DNA from: Phoronis australis
Taxonomy: Eukaryota > Animalia > Phoronida
Length of the DNA stretch: 64,000 nucleotides
Assembly: GCA_002633005.1 (NCBI GenBank)
Contig: NMRA01000344.1
Location: 1 to 64,000, forward strand
Direction of reading: 5' to 3'
This document shows, piece by piece, positions 52,753 to 64,000 of this stretch. A program made the position numbers and the translations under genes. Each line of letters opens with the position of its first letter. The stretch's first letter is position 1. The notes below the pieces were generated by a model, which was not told the DNA's origin, made no database searches, and saw only the letters and a program-made list of their open reading frames with translations.

Positions 52753-52887
52753 CTCGCCCTCTATGCAAACAGAGCCGTCCTGTTTGTGCAAGTCTTCAGG
52801 GCATGATGGCGATGAACCGCTGCAGTATTCAGGGAGGTCGCAATTATCGGAACTAGCTTTTCTACACAAAGTGCCCTGTTCTTCAAG
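52753..52887 (-). CDS. ADAM-like gene exon: C-terminal half of disintegrin domain 2
   Basis: TTTGTCAG acceptor, GTAAGC donor; 135 nt, phase 0-0; LEEQGTLCRKASSDNCDLPEYCSGSSPSCPEDLHKQDGSVCIEGE. Confidence 0.95.
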
Positions 52888-55019
52888 CTGACAAATGAAA
52901 GCAATGTGTGTTATCTCAGGAAAGAAAAGCTTGTTGCTGGTTAAATGCACGTGAGCAGCACAAAGACCTCACGGTGACTTTTTATAGATAGCAAAGTCGA
53001 GCCGTGGCTTCCAATTTATGGGCTTGAGGTATACGATTCCTGCACACTATTATCCAGGAAGAGTTCCGCAGCCAAACGTAACGGCTTTTGGTATACGAGT
53101 CCATGATCCAGAAAATCACGCAATTGATCGTATGCACTGTAAGCCCAACCTGGCAGTTGATTTCGAAAACTACTAGGCCAACCTGCATGCTCATTGAAAT
53201 ATCGCACAGGCAAATTCAATTGAGAAACACGCAGATTTGCCAAAAATAATTGGGTTGACACGTTGTTGAAATTTCGATGTGTTGCTAGGCAGGTAGTTTC
53301 GCGATCAAGGTCAACAGTCATGTAAGGAGGCAGGCTAGCATGCTCAAATAACTTAAATGATCTTTCCTAAAAATGTAGGGTCCTTCCCAAGCTTCAGCAC
53401 ATCCTGTTGCCATGGTAATCAAGGGTCTTCGCAATTACAGTAATGTAGTATGGTGTACCTGTCACACCACAACGAACATCTAAGGAGCACAATGGTCATA
53501 ACAAACATATCATCTAGGATGATTTTTGAAAATCCAAAATGGTTTTCAAAGCAACTCCCGCACGCATAGTTGGGAATAGGCATATTAAAACAACATAAAA
53601 ACTACGCACATCAAATGCAGTAGCTTTAACTAAAATCTGGGGAGGGGAATAATGCATCAGCATATCCCCAATGATCCTGTCCGTGACAGGTATTACAGGT
53701 ATTACTAAAATCAAATACTGGTATGTCAAATCTGTAGCATTTCTTAACAAGAGCAACGCAGAGCATTGAAATGCCCCACGAATTCACCGCAAACGGTGTG
53801 CTTCTAGGGTTGTTTATTTGTTTCATAAAAATAACCACTAGATGTCGCAAAAACACCCAATCCACCTGACAATTGGAAATGCCATCGCTTCTTTAATAGA
53901 AAGCTATTTATCAAATTTCATAAAAATCTCTCAAGGAGCTTCAGAGAAACAAAGGTAAAAAGAAAAAAATGAAATTGCCACTATTGGGCACAGCGTTCAT
54001 TGGATCGGCCTCCATATAAATGCAATCACTAAATTTAATGAAGATCATGCAGTGTGTTAAGGAGGCAAAATTAAGAATCTTGACCAAGCACATTGACCTA
54101 CATTTTGCTGCTGACGTCACACGGATCACGGATGGAATAAAATTAGTCATGAACCACAGAAAGTGTCCCTGATGAGTGGCAAATTTGTGTGGAAAAGATA
54201 TCCTTGTGTCCGACGTAAAATCAACTCTTTGTTCAAAACCCATTTTGTAATAATTATTTAAAACACATGAGAATTAATTAAGATGAAAGTGTTCAGAAAA
54301 ACTACGTTGTTGTGCTTGCTCGGCCTCAGTAAATGCGGGTATATTCAAATCGAGATTAAACAGGCTGTCAACTCTTTCGGTGAGAAGTTCGTGACTAGGC
54401 ATAAGTCTGATATAACATGCCGGTACCATCAATAGCACCCCGCCCTGTTGCAAGTTCTCATAGGCTCTGTCTCAAGTACTAGCATTTTGGGCTTTTTCAA
54501 ATTGTCACCTGTGTGATTAGGTGATTTGAACTTTAAAGAGAAATTTTCAATCACTAGGGGAATTTTAAGACCTCGTTGGGGGAATTTCGCGTGATTTTTA
54601 AAATATTTTTGAGAGCGGAATAGGCACGATATTCAGCCCCAAAATCAAGGGATTTAGGACCCTGTCCTTTTTGGAAAGAAAAATGCATCATATTTCAACC
54701 CGTAGTCATGAAAACACAGCCTGGCATGCCGAAGATTCACCGGTCGTTGCTATGATGCTCGGCAACCGAGATATGCGACAAAATATGATCTAACTTTTCG
54801 AAAACATTAATAAATTTTATACGGACATATTTTCCTTCGTTGCAGCATATGGCAACGTCCCAACGCTTCCGAATCTCAACGTCTTTAGGGATTGTAAAAC
54901 AGACAGTTGAATGTCCGTGTTCTAGCCGTTAGAGCAACGCGGAATACAACTATGCCGATAAGCCAACAGAACTATGGTAGCGAGCCTCGTTTTGGAACGC
55001 GCCTCCTGTCGGCGTGAAT

Positions 55020-56224
55020 TGGGTCATCTCACCAATAGATGCCTATATTCCAAATTTTCTGAAAATCTGTTGAGGACCTTTGAAGATACAGAGGTAAACC
55101 TGAAAACCTGAAACTGCCACTAGGGGTTAGTCAGATCCGTCCGAAAGTTGCTGTCATCCGTTGTGAACATAATGTAAATACACTTGCTATATTTAGCAAA
55201 GATCCTGCAAACGGTTTAGGAGATACGGCCATGGGCGCAAAAAAACAAAATTTCCACTAGGAAGCACCACAGTAGTCGAAGTCGTCGGAAATTCATCATC
55301 AGCTTTGTAGTAAGAATATACATGCCAATTTTCACAATCATCCTTAGAGCCGTTTGCTTGAAAGAGGGGTGGACGCCAAGAAGTAGACTAAGAACAGTAA
55401 AAATGGCCACTAGGTGGCGCAAATGACGTCCAATCCATCGGAAACCGGATGATAGCGTCATCTCACTATTAGATGCCAATACGCCAAATTTTATGACAAT
55501 ACGTTGAGGACCTTTGAAGATACAGAGGTAAGAGTAAAAATAAAATTGCCACTTGGGGGCACACCGGTTGTCAGATGCGTCCGAAAGTTGTCGTCATCCA
55601 TGGTCAACATCATATAAATACACGTGCTAAATTTAGTAAAGATCCTGTCAACGGTTTGGGAGATACAACCATGGGCGAAAAAAATAAACTCCCACTAGGA
55701 GGCGCCACAGTAAACCAAATCGCCGGAAAATCATCGTGAGCCGTCCTCTTCGTAGTAAAAACATGCATGCCAATTTTCACAATCATCTTTAGATCGCTTT
55801 GGTTGATAGAGGTGTGGAAGTCAAAAAACAAAATCGAAAACAGTAAAAATGGCCACAAGGGGGCTCAAACTTCGTTGAATCCATCCCAAAACGAAATGAT
55901 AGGTCACCTCATTAATAGATGCCTATATGCTAAATTTTATGAAAATACGTTGAGGTCCTTTGAAGATATAGAGGTAAGAGTAAAAAACTAAAATTGTCAC
56001 TAGGGAGCACACCGGCAGTCGGATCAGTCCGAAAGTTCGCTCATGCCGTCTCATTTATGAAAGAAAAGTAAGTGCCAAATTTCATGAACGTATGTTAAAG
56101 GGTTTTGGAGATAGAGCAGCCGATGCCGGACTGAAAGACGCGGACGGACGCCGCACGGACGGACGGACGGACGGACGGAGATGACGGCATAATGCGTCCA
56201 CATGAAAAACATGTGGGAGCATAA
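55020..56224 (-). repeat. Helentron/HINE-like repeat, family A, copy 3 (reverse orientation)
   Basis: 5' hairpin ATGCTCCCACATG...CATGTGGACGCAT on the minus strand, (CGTC)n, about 440-bp internal units (GAGGACCTTTGAAGATACAGAGGTAA near 55072, 55507, 55952). Confidence 0.8.
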
Positions 56225-57019
56225 AGACCATAAAAGAGTTACTATGGCAATTACTGTTTAAAACCATGCCTAATGTCTTTTTAAACATCAAAACGCATGC
56301 AACGGAATAAAACAAATGAAGCAAATACCTTGGGGTTGGTATTATAAAAGGTAAGTCATAATCACAAAATTTGAATACTTAAGCACAATTTTGCAATTGC
56401 AATGAAGGGTTACCACGGCATTAGATATACAGTTACACCACAAACATTCAAAGCACGACCCATTTCATTATTGTGCTTTTGTAGATAAATGTACATGATT
56501 CTTATAAGGTTGGTTTATGGCACAAAATTTGCATTCCTTTTCTGATATTTTGCTTTATATTCTAACACGAAGGTCATAATTTGTCACCAATCAGAGTGGT
56601 GCCTACTTGACGACCTAAACTGGCCTTTGTTACTACATCATCATCAGGCAAGTTTACAAAGAATAATCCTAACATCAAATGTCAATAACTTTGCTCTTAC
56701 GAAAATTTGAGCAGTGATCAAAGATAGTTTTGAGTGATTGTGGTATATGTTAGAACTTTTAGCCTTCTTGTAAAACTTACCAAGTTTTGAAGGCGGGCTA
56801 ATATGCTGGGCGGGAATTTTTGATTAGCCCGTTATATTAGCAGCGTTTAAAATGGTTACAACTGAACTGGTAACAGTGAAAAACGTGCCTACGGGATGAT
56901 AAATTTTTAAAAGCTGGCAGACTTTAATGATGGAGTGAGATAGTAAAGTGAATAAACCGGACTATGTTAAATGAACCACCCATCAATCAAAAGTTAGTAG
57001 TTAATTCAGACGTAGCCAC

Positions 57020-57181
57020 CTGACACGTGTTAAGATCGCAACACTTCCCATGCCCACACTGCACTCCTTCCGCCTTGGTGCACGTCGAAGGATTACAACA
57101 TTTGCTGGTGCATTCCCACGGGTGGCCGCAGTCACAAACTTCCCCGGCGTCCAGTTTTCCATTACCGCACGTTGGAGGAAT
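57020..57181 (-). CDS. ADAM-like gene exon: N-terminal half of disintegrin domain 2
   Basis: CCCCATAG acceptor, GTGGCT donor; 162 nt, phase 0-0; IPPTCGNGKLDAGEVCDCGHPWECTSKCCNPSTCTKAEGVQCGHGKCCDLNTCQ (CGNG....GE.CDCG disintegrin start). Confidence 0.93.
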
Positions 57182-57325
57182 CTATGGGGGAAAATCTATG
57201 AATTCAGTCACGTAAGTTTGACGTCTATCATATAACGCTTGAGTTACAGGGGCACGTTCAGATCGTGAAAAGTTGTTTCCAACAAGTTCAGTGAAATATT
57301 TAGTGTAACTAAATTTTCAACTCAC

Positions 57326-57397
57326 CCCGTCTCCAACGCCTTGGTATCCGGAAACAGTCGCCGTTGTTGTTGGTACACAGCGGTGATTTATGCAAAT
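57326..57397 (-). CDS. ADAM-like gene exon: end of cysteine-rich domain 1 plus Thr/Gly linker
   Basis: TAG acceptor, GTGAG donor; 72 nt, phase 0-0; ICINHRCVPTTTATVSGYQGVGDG, paralogous to the 69-nt exon at 43079-43147. Confidence 0.85.
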
Positions 57398-57460
57398 CTA
57401 ATAAGAAAGGTACTACATAAGGTGTTTTGGCATCGCAGAAATGGAGTCAAGTGAATTTAA

Positions 57461-58557
57461 AGAGGCCTGGCATGCAATAAACAAACTAAATTGCAATATT
57501 GGAACTAGTGTTCTGCCACTAAAGTATAACTCATCTTGCTCACCAGGTAATTTAGGGTTTGCTCGGAGAAAGTTTAATTGTTGTTGATACTAAAGCATTT
57601 TCTAAATTTCAAAAAACGATCTCTCAACTGCTCGCCACTTAGCTGCTTTTCCTAACACAAGGCAAAGCAGTCTAATAAATATTTGGTGTGGCAACACAAA
57701 GACGTATCACATCTCCCATATATCATAGACGATGGTGCATGGACTGCCAACTCCCTATATTTTCAGTGCACGAAATCTGTGATCTTGCGCATATGCCGTG
57801 ACGTCATTATTTACCAGTGACACCTGGCAGATATAGCACGCATTACTTCTGGCAAGTGTGTCGTCTGCCAATCGTTTTCATTTCGTCGGGATTTGGATCG
57901 GTGATTTGGCCCAACTTACATCGGCGTTTAAATAAATTGAACGTTCATAAAAAGTTAACTTCTTGAATACGGCTCATATTAATGCTCCAGAAATAACCAC
58001 CAAGCATACTTAAAAAATTATCTCGCACTTCGACACCAGTTTACTAGAGGTTTCATTTTAAGCTCGAATGCAAACCGATGCAGCTCAAAATTTCTGAACT
58101 CTACTGCTGGAAGACCTAGAACAACTTTTCAATACCGAAATTGTTTTTTTTTTTCGTTACTAAGCAGTAAAATAGATGGAAGAATTTCCCACCACAATAC
58201 ACTAACTGGAAGCTGACCTTGCTATATTTAGACGGTGGCGCCTCCTCTAGGATATTTCGTAAGAAAATGTTGGAGTTGCGAATCTGTTGTCTATAATCTA
58301 TGGTCATATGGAAAATGTGACCTTTGACCTCAAGAGACTTCAAGCAACTGAGTGTGAGCGCATTTTGAAAGATTCAAAACTCTGGGGTCATCTCAGAGGT
58401 TTTCTTTCGCGAGCATTCCAAAAATCGTGAATGTTGTGATTTTTTTCTGAAAATTTCCTCACAGGGGAAAGTGAATTACTCTGTGCTATATAAGATGATT
58501 CTTTGGTCATGAATTGTTTAAAAGATATTTTGACGAGCTCTCGCCTTCCTTGCGTCT
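57461..58557. mobile_element. Possible TTAA-flanked (Kolobok-like) non-autonomous element
   Basis: TTAA-AGAGGC ... GCGTCT-TTAA; its right 150 bp resembles 44825-44970. Confidence 0.4.
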
Positions 58558-59304
58558 TTAAGGTGTGAGTGAGATTATCGACGAATATTGCAGAGACATC
58601 CATCACCAATAAGCAGAAAATACAGGCTCAAGGTAGGTCTGCAAGTTTTCAATGGGGTTTTCATTGACGATGGAATACGGAAAAGCTTTTGACGGGAATG
58701 CAGTTTTGATTATTTAAATCACACAATGCAAACGCGTGTGTCACAGGTATGTTAACCAAAGTAGTAATTAAATTTGTCCATGTTGGTGGCAATTTTAATA
58801 AAAGTGTCAGTCTAAATTCAAACAATCGGCAATAGCCAGTTTGATCAATAACACTTTTGAACATAGGCGATATATAGACCTAAGCACAACGACATTCACG
58901 TGTCGGAGGCTCGTCTATATTCAATACCGCAGGTAATTATTCAATTAAATTTTTACATAATGGCCATGACATATATAAAAACCGGCTGGGCAGCAAAGGT
59001 AACTTCCTCATCAATGAACATAACAGCAGTGTGGAGACACATAGAGAAATATTAATAGGCTTCTTACTGGGATTTAATTACAAACTATTATTTGACTAGC
59101 AAACTGTAACACTTCGTCTAAAAATGTTCACATGTGGGTTATCTCGGCCAAGAACACCTTTACAGGATACTTCCTACATAGTGCATACAAAATGTAAACT
59201 TGACAGGGTTCCAAACAACATGGACAGTGTGTATTGTACCACATCATACAATTGAATTTTTGTTGGTTCAGAAAACAAGAACGCTCTGGACAAAGAAAGC
59301 CTAC

Positions 59305-59488
59305 CTTTCCACTTGAGCAAACACTTCCGTCAGGAACCATAAAAATGTCTCGAGCTCCTCCTGGAATGTGAAGCGCTTTGCACTGATGACTTGTGTAGTC
59401 GAACTGTATAGTCCCAGCTCCATTCAATGAAGACAAAGGGTCGAACGATCCCTCGTTAGTGCAAAAGAGCAGTCCACACATTCTGTCC
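59305..59488 (-). CDS. ADAM-like gene exon: cysteine-rich domain 1, part b
   Basis: TTTTTAG acceptor, GTAGGC donor; 184 nt, phase 2-0; DRMCGLLFC...MVPDGSVCSSGK (ADAM D..CG.L.C ... V.DG..CG.GK). Confidence 0.92.
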
Positions 59489-60439
59489 CTAAAAATCACA
59501 TTGTGCATAGCAGATGAGTGGCATTGTTACGATGAGTTCCCTTTGCTTGTATTTGATTTTTTTAGTCAACTAATCGCTGCCTGAGCCTGAATTTATGTAG
59601 CATACGCGTATGCCGGTTTAAACAAACACGTGTTCATTTCCTAATCTTGAAAGAACTCGTCACTTGCACTGTATACCATCTCTCTGTCACTGAGGATGAT
59701 TGCAGTTCGTCACTCCAGCTATTTTCTGTCCACTGCAGATCACACGATGATTATAGCCAACTCTTGTCGATTCTAACAATCGGCGAAGGCTAATACGAAC
59801 AGCAATTTCGCTAAGTAGCATTCAATTCACAGTTGTTCACAAAGAACCGCCACATAAACAAAAATGGCGGAATTAATAAATTCGAACAATTGTCTAAGAT
59901 AACCAAAACATTGCGTTTCAGCTAAAAACAACCCTGATAACGACTGCTTGTGCCTTTTAGGGATCGCAGTTGAAAATCATATGATGCACCAGTGGTACAA
60001 GAGGTATGCAAAATTAACAGTGAATGATGGTGAGTAGTATGCGCGTATTCTCTTGTTTAGTTTGACGTCACTTTGGCGTTCGAGGCCTGGTCAAATAAAA
60101 TTAAAATGTCGAAATTAAAAAGTAATAATTATTCCAGATTTAAGAAGTGCTGTAATTGCAATTATTAAGCACATACAAAAATTTCTACGTGGCCATGGAC
60201 CTGATCAATCGTAATCATTCCCAATACACCGATTAATCCAAACACACAATGTTGCAAAAAATCAGTGCTAACATGTCACTGTTCTTTCTGAATCTGAAGA
60301 AGCCTAGTACAGCAACATTTTTGAAATGTGACTTCATTGCTGTTCTTATTTGGGGGTCTAAACTGCGTCATATCAGTGGCAGATACGTCATTTCTTAACA
60401 TCCCAATAACAATACTTCCAATATTATCAAGTGCCTTAC

Positions 60440-60609
60440 ACGTGTTCACATTTGTAGTACTTCCCGTTGTTGTCGACTCCACAATTGCCTCGAATGGATC
60501 CTTCCCTGTTCATTCGGTAACACGGTCGTTGGGCAGCTCTGGCTGACGGTCCAAACAGCTCACGACACCGCTGTGTGTGGCTCACACACTTGTTTTTGTA
60601 GCAGTACGA
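60440..60609 (-). CDS. ADAM-like gene exon: ADAM cysteine-rich domain 1, part a
   Basis: TTACAG acceptor, GTAAGG donor; 170 nt, phase 0-2; SYCYKNKCVSHTQRCRELFGPSARAAQRPCYRMNREGSIRGNCG (ADAM_CR pattern YCY.G.C....QC..LFG ... GNCG). Confidence 0.92.
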
Positions 60610-61292
60610 CTGTAAGGCAGCAATTTTACACAAAATGCACTACACTGTGACCATTTGTCAGGTGTCAACAATAACCTTCTCATCCAGCTCTCAAACTCCA
60701 GCAACCCAAATAAATCACCGAAAGTTTGGGATAAAATTTGAAAACTCTTTTGAAAAGTCTACTAAATGAGCGACGTGAACTAACGCTTTAGGCGATTTAC
60801 ATTACCACTTCTGGGAGAGTTCACTCACCAGCAACCATAAAATCAAATCTGTTTGCATAAAATTAATGGAATTCTAATTTGACACCGTGCAATTTGACAA
60901 TTTAATACATATCAGTCGATTTCATATAGGTGGTTTAACTTTAAACCTGGTTTAAATTGGGCTTAAATCAGGTTTCAAGATAATCTGCATTTCATAAAGG
61001 TGGTTTAACTTTTGGATCAGTGGTCTAGCAAAACCTGGTTTAACTCCAGTTTAGACCTGGCGTAAGTCGGTTTGCATTTCACCAACGAGGTCTATATTCC
61101 TTAGACCTGTATTAACATCTTAAACCAGGTTTAAATTTATGCTTGGTCAGACTCAGGTTTGATATTGTTAAAAATGGCAGACATTCACGATATAGGCGCA
61201 ACTGAGTGATGCCGTGGTGTGCATTTACGTTTTAGGGCGAAAGCGGCTTATTTCCAATATTCAGTTTTAGGACAACACAATATCAAACGTAA

Positions 61293-61435
61293 CAGGGGCA
61301 GATCCAGGATTTTTAAAAAGTTTGGGTCGGATCAAATATTCTTAAAATGGGGTCAGAAAATTATAGATTTGATATCACTAAAATCAAGATAAAAATGGGG
61401 TCCGGACCACATGACCCGCCCTGGATCCGCCTATG
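61293..61435. mobile_element. 143-bp MITE inside the Harbinger relic
   Basis: CAGGGGCAGATCCAGG ... CCTGGATCCGCCTATG; flanks CGTAA / CGTAG. Confidence 0.7.
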
Positions 61436-62231
61436 CGTAGACCAGGGGTGTTGCAGGATATCCTTCGGATTTCTCAGAATATGACTGGTAGAGCAGAGCG
61501 TCATCGTCGCAAGCGCGGTTTGACTGAAGACGGCATCTTCTGATTCGCATGAGCGAGTTCCACCTCAATTGGTACACAATTTAATGTTGCCGGGCTGGCT
61601 TCCTGTCCCCCTTTATCCGCAAAAAATAAATGACACGAAATAAAGTTGTGCAGCTAATCCTGAGCAAGTACTTTAATGGTGTAGGTGCGTTTGGACATAG
61701 ACATTACAAAATGAAACATGTCCCCTCATATCCTAGATCTGCCACTGGGTCACTCACCGTTTTTCTTTGCATTTTTTCACAGATGAAATTTTCTTTCAGG
61801 CCTTCATTTTTTAACATTTATTGCAATAATGATAACACAATACAAAGACAGAAATCCTCAACGACACATCATACACGCACGCACTCATTTCACAGAAAAC
61901 TCAATTTCACAAACCAAAAACACCAAATATACTTTCTTTTTAAAGAGCAAAAACCAGGCCATCTTTGGAAAAATATGTCTCCTAATCCATTTTTACAATA
62001 ATTATATTTTTCGAATGTGAATTAAATTTCTATGTTCTTTTTTGAAAAGCCTTAGATATGGAGGTTCTACCTTCAGCTTTCTACAGTATATATTCTTTTT
62101 GGTCAAAAGAACGGTAAGATTAAAAAGTTCACTCGCGTTTCCATTTTACCACTGGCTTTCATTTTTAATGATACCCTTTAACTGCTTGTTGCTGCATTTT
62201 CCCGATTTTGGGAATTGTGCAGCCAGTCTGG

Positions 62232-62372
62232 AGCAATATCTCTCCAAGCCGGCTGCTTACGTTGACTTGATTTGGCACCAGTTTTCTTGTTCTCTATAAC
62301 ATTGGCTTTTTCTCTGATCAGTTATGGGAGGGAACATTTTTCCTCGTGAGAAAAGCTTTTAGGCCTTTTTCG
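62232..62372 (-). pseudogene. Myb/SANT-like DNA-binding protein relic (Harbinger second ORF)
   Basis: RKRPKSFSHEEKCSLP*LIREKANVIENKKTGAKSSQRKQPAWRDIA fits the RKR..nF+.EE...L......+IEnKKT......K..AW.+Ia pattern; internal stop. Confidence 0.75.
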
Positions 62373-63162
62373 CTAATGTCTGCACTGATTTTATTGCTGT
62401 GTGCCATTGTGCACCCACTTGATCAAGGTTTCATTGAAGCACTTCAATAGTTTCTGTATTGGGTTAATCCGAATTGTTACAGTAGGCTTGCATACTATAA
62501 ACATGATTTAATAAACCAGTTCCCTGATCTAACAAAATCAGGCTTTCAGACTTTTCAACCACATTGGTGAAATTCACTTTAGGTCTAAAATTAGACCAGA
62601 TTTAGGAAGACCAGGTTTAAGTCTTTAACCTGGTTTTGTTAAACTACCTCTATAAAATCGGCTGATATGTGTCTAAGTTCTAAGAGAGTTGGACGAATTC
62701 ACGTGTTTGAACTCTGGTGGGTTTGCAGTGCTAGGATTATGGAATATGAGAACACTACTACAATTTCCTTAAGAAAATACGCCTAGCCCCAAACGATTGC
62801 TTTTTCTGTCGCAGCTGTAGCCACTATCTTTTGTACACCTTTTCTCTTACATGTGGTCATATCCATGGATAGTCAGTAGATGTAACTACTCAAGCCACTA
62901 TGTTAAGTCTTTTCTCAACCAATATGTTTTACACTTTTCTTGGTCTGTCGACAAAGAATCCGTGTTTATTTATTGTTAAAGAAACCCAATCAACTGATTA
63001 CTTAGAAATAGACGTGTTGTTACAACTGGCCCTAAAATACAGGTAAAAATTTATCAAATGATCGGTGATATATTTTGGGCATTTTCTTAAACCAAACCGT
63101 TATTCTAAAAGGTATGCATTGGTATTCTTAACTATAAAGTACTAACTATAGGTTATACTTAC

Positions 63163-63300
63163 CATTTCTGAACCAACACGGCAAACAGCTCTATCAGGCT
63201 TACGCATGTCACTGGGACAATTTTTGGAATTCCCTCTGCAGTATTCGACACGATCGCATGAGTCGGTCTTGTCCCTACACACTTCCGTCGATGGTTTGAA
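63163..63300 (-). CDS. ADAM-like gene, first exon visible in window: C-terminal half of disintegrin domain 1
   Basis: AG acceptor at 63302-63301, GTAAGT donor at 63162; 138 nt, phase 0-0; reads FKPSTEVCRDKTDSCDRVEYCRGNSKNCPSDMRKPDRAVCRVGSEM, matching the disintegrin CR...CD..EYC.G.S..CP.D pattern. Not in the ORF track. Confidence 0.9.
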
Positions 63301-64000
63301 CTTGAACACAATTAAACAAACATTTCCGTTGAAGCGGCTATAAATTTAAATTCCATGTGCGAAGAGACAATTAGATTTAGACTATTTGCCGTTACAAAGT
63401 TGGTCCAAACTTGTTCCTTACTCAGATAACAAAAATGTTCGGCTTTAAAAAATGACAGCAGCGTAACTCATAATAACCATACTCGCCCGAAATGACACGT
63501 TAGCAGCCTGGTTCAAAGTAATAACGAACCGCCAGTTCTTTTGAAATCCTCAAATCAAGTCAACTTTTACAAAGGGGCAATATGACTGAAATTCTGTTGC
63601 AAAAGTAGTTTAAATCAAGCAAGATAGAAAGCGGGTGAAGTCAATTAAAATGGCAAGTAATACAAGCGTCTGAATCAATGGTATGAACAGATTTTCTTCT
63701 TTTCTGAAAATAGGCTTGTATGGGAGATAATGTCTCGTTGCATTTCGGTTTAAAAAGCATTGGACTATGTAGCTGGATGCGCAGGAGTCATAAATTTAAA
63801 ACGTTTCAGCTAAAAATACTCTCTTAGTTAAACCCCAATTCAATTCGCTTAAAATACGCTCTGTTCACACCCCAACCATACACGTATATCGGAGGAAGGT
63901 TCCAATGGAGTTGAACGGTAGTTGCCAACATTTCCAACATAACACTTGTGGGTGACGTCTTAAAACGTTGACGTCATATAAAATGCGTTGCTTTCTCGCG

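Larger units (their letters stand above)
60907..62670. mobile_element. Decayed PIF/Harbinger-like transposon
   Basis: TIR ACATATCAGTCGATTTCATATAGGTGGTTTAAC versus its inverted match at about 62638-62670; AAACCTGG/CCAGGTTT subterminal repeats; Myb/SANT relic inside. Confidence 0.75.

Overview
Eukaryotic (animal, probably marine invertebrate; species not identifiable from sequence) genomic window that is AT-rich and dense in transposon relics. The main feature is the 3' part of a minus-strand spliced gene. Eleven exons (63300 to 29513) join in frame with GT-AG sites. They encode an ADAM-type disintegrin + cysteine-rich module, a second complete disintegrin + cysteine-rich module with identical intron phases, an EGF-like domain and a TSP1 repeat. 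A phase-compatible twelfth exon (19921-19812) ends in a GPI-anchor-like signal. The joined exons give about 551 aa. The 5' part (any prodomain or metalloprotease) lies beyond the window. Introns and flanks contain a nested transposon stack (Academ-like host containing an EnSpm-like foldback, two back-to-back Kolobok-like elements sharing one TTAA, a MITE and a Hero-type RLE retrotransposon), a Penelope-like element with inverted pLTRs, a solo LTR with a 5-bp TSD, Helentron/HINE-like repeats, a Harbinger relic, several MITEs, a 54-bp minisatellite and an assembly gap. All family assignments are by eye from motifs and termini; no database search was run.
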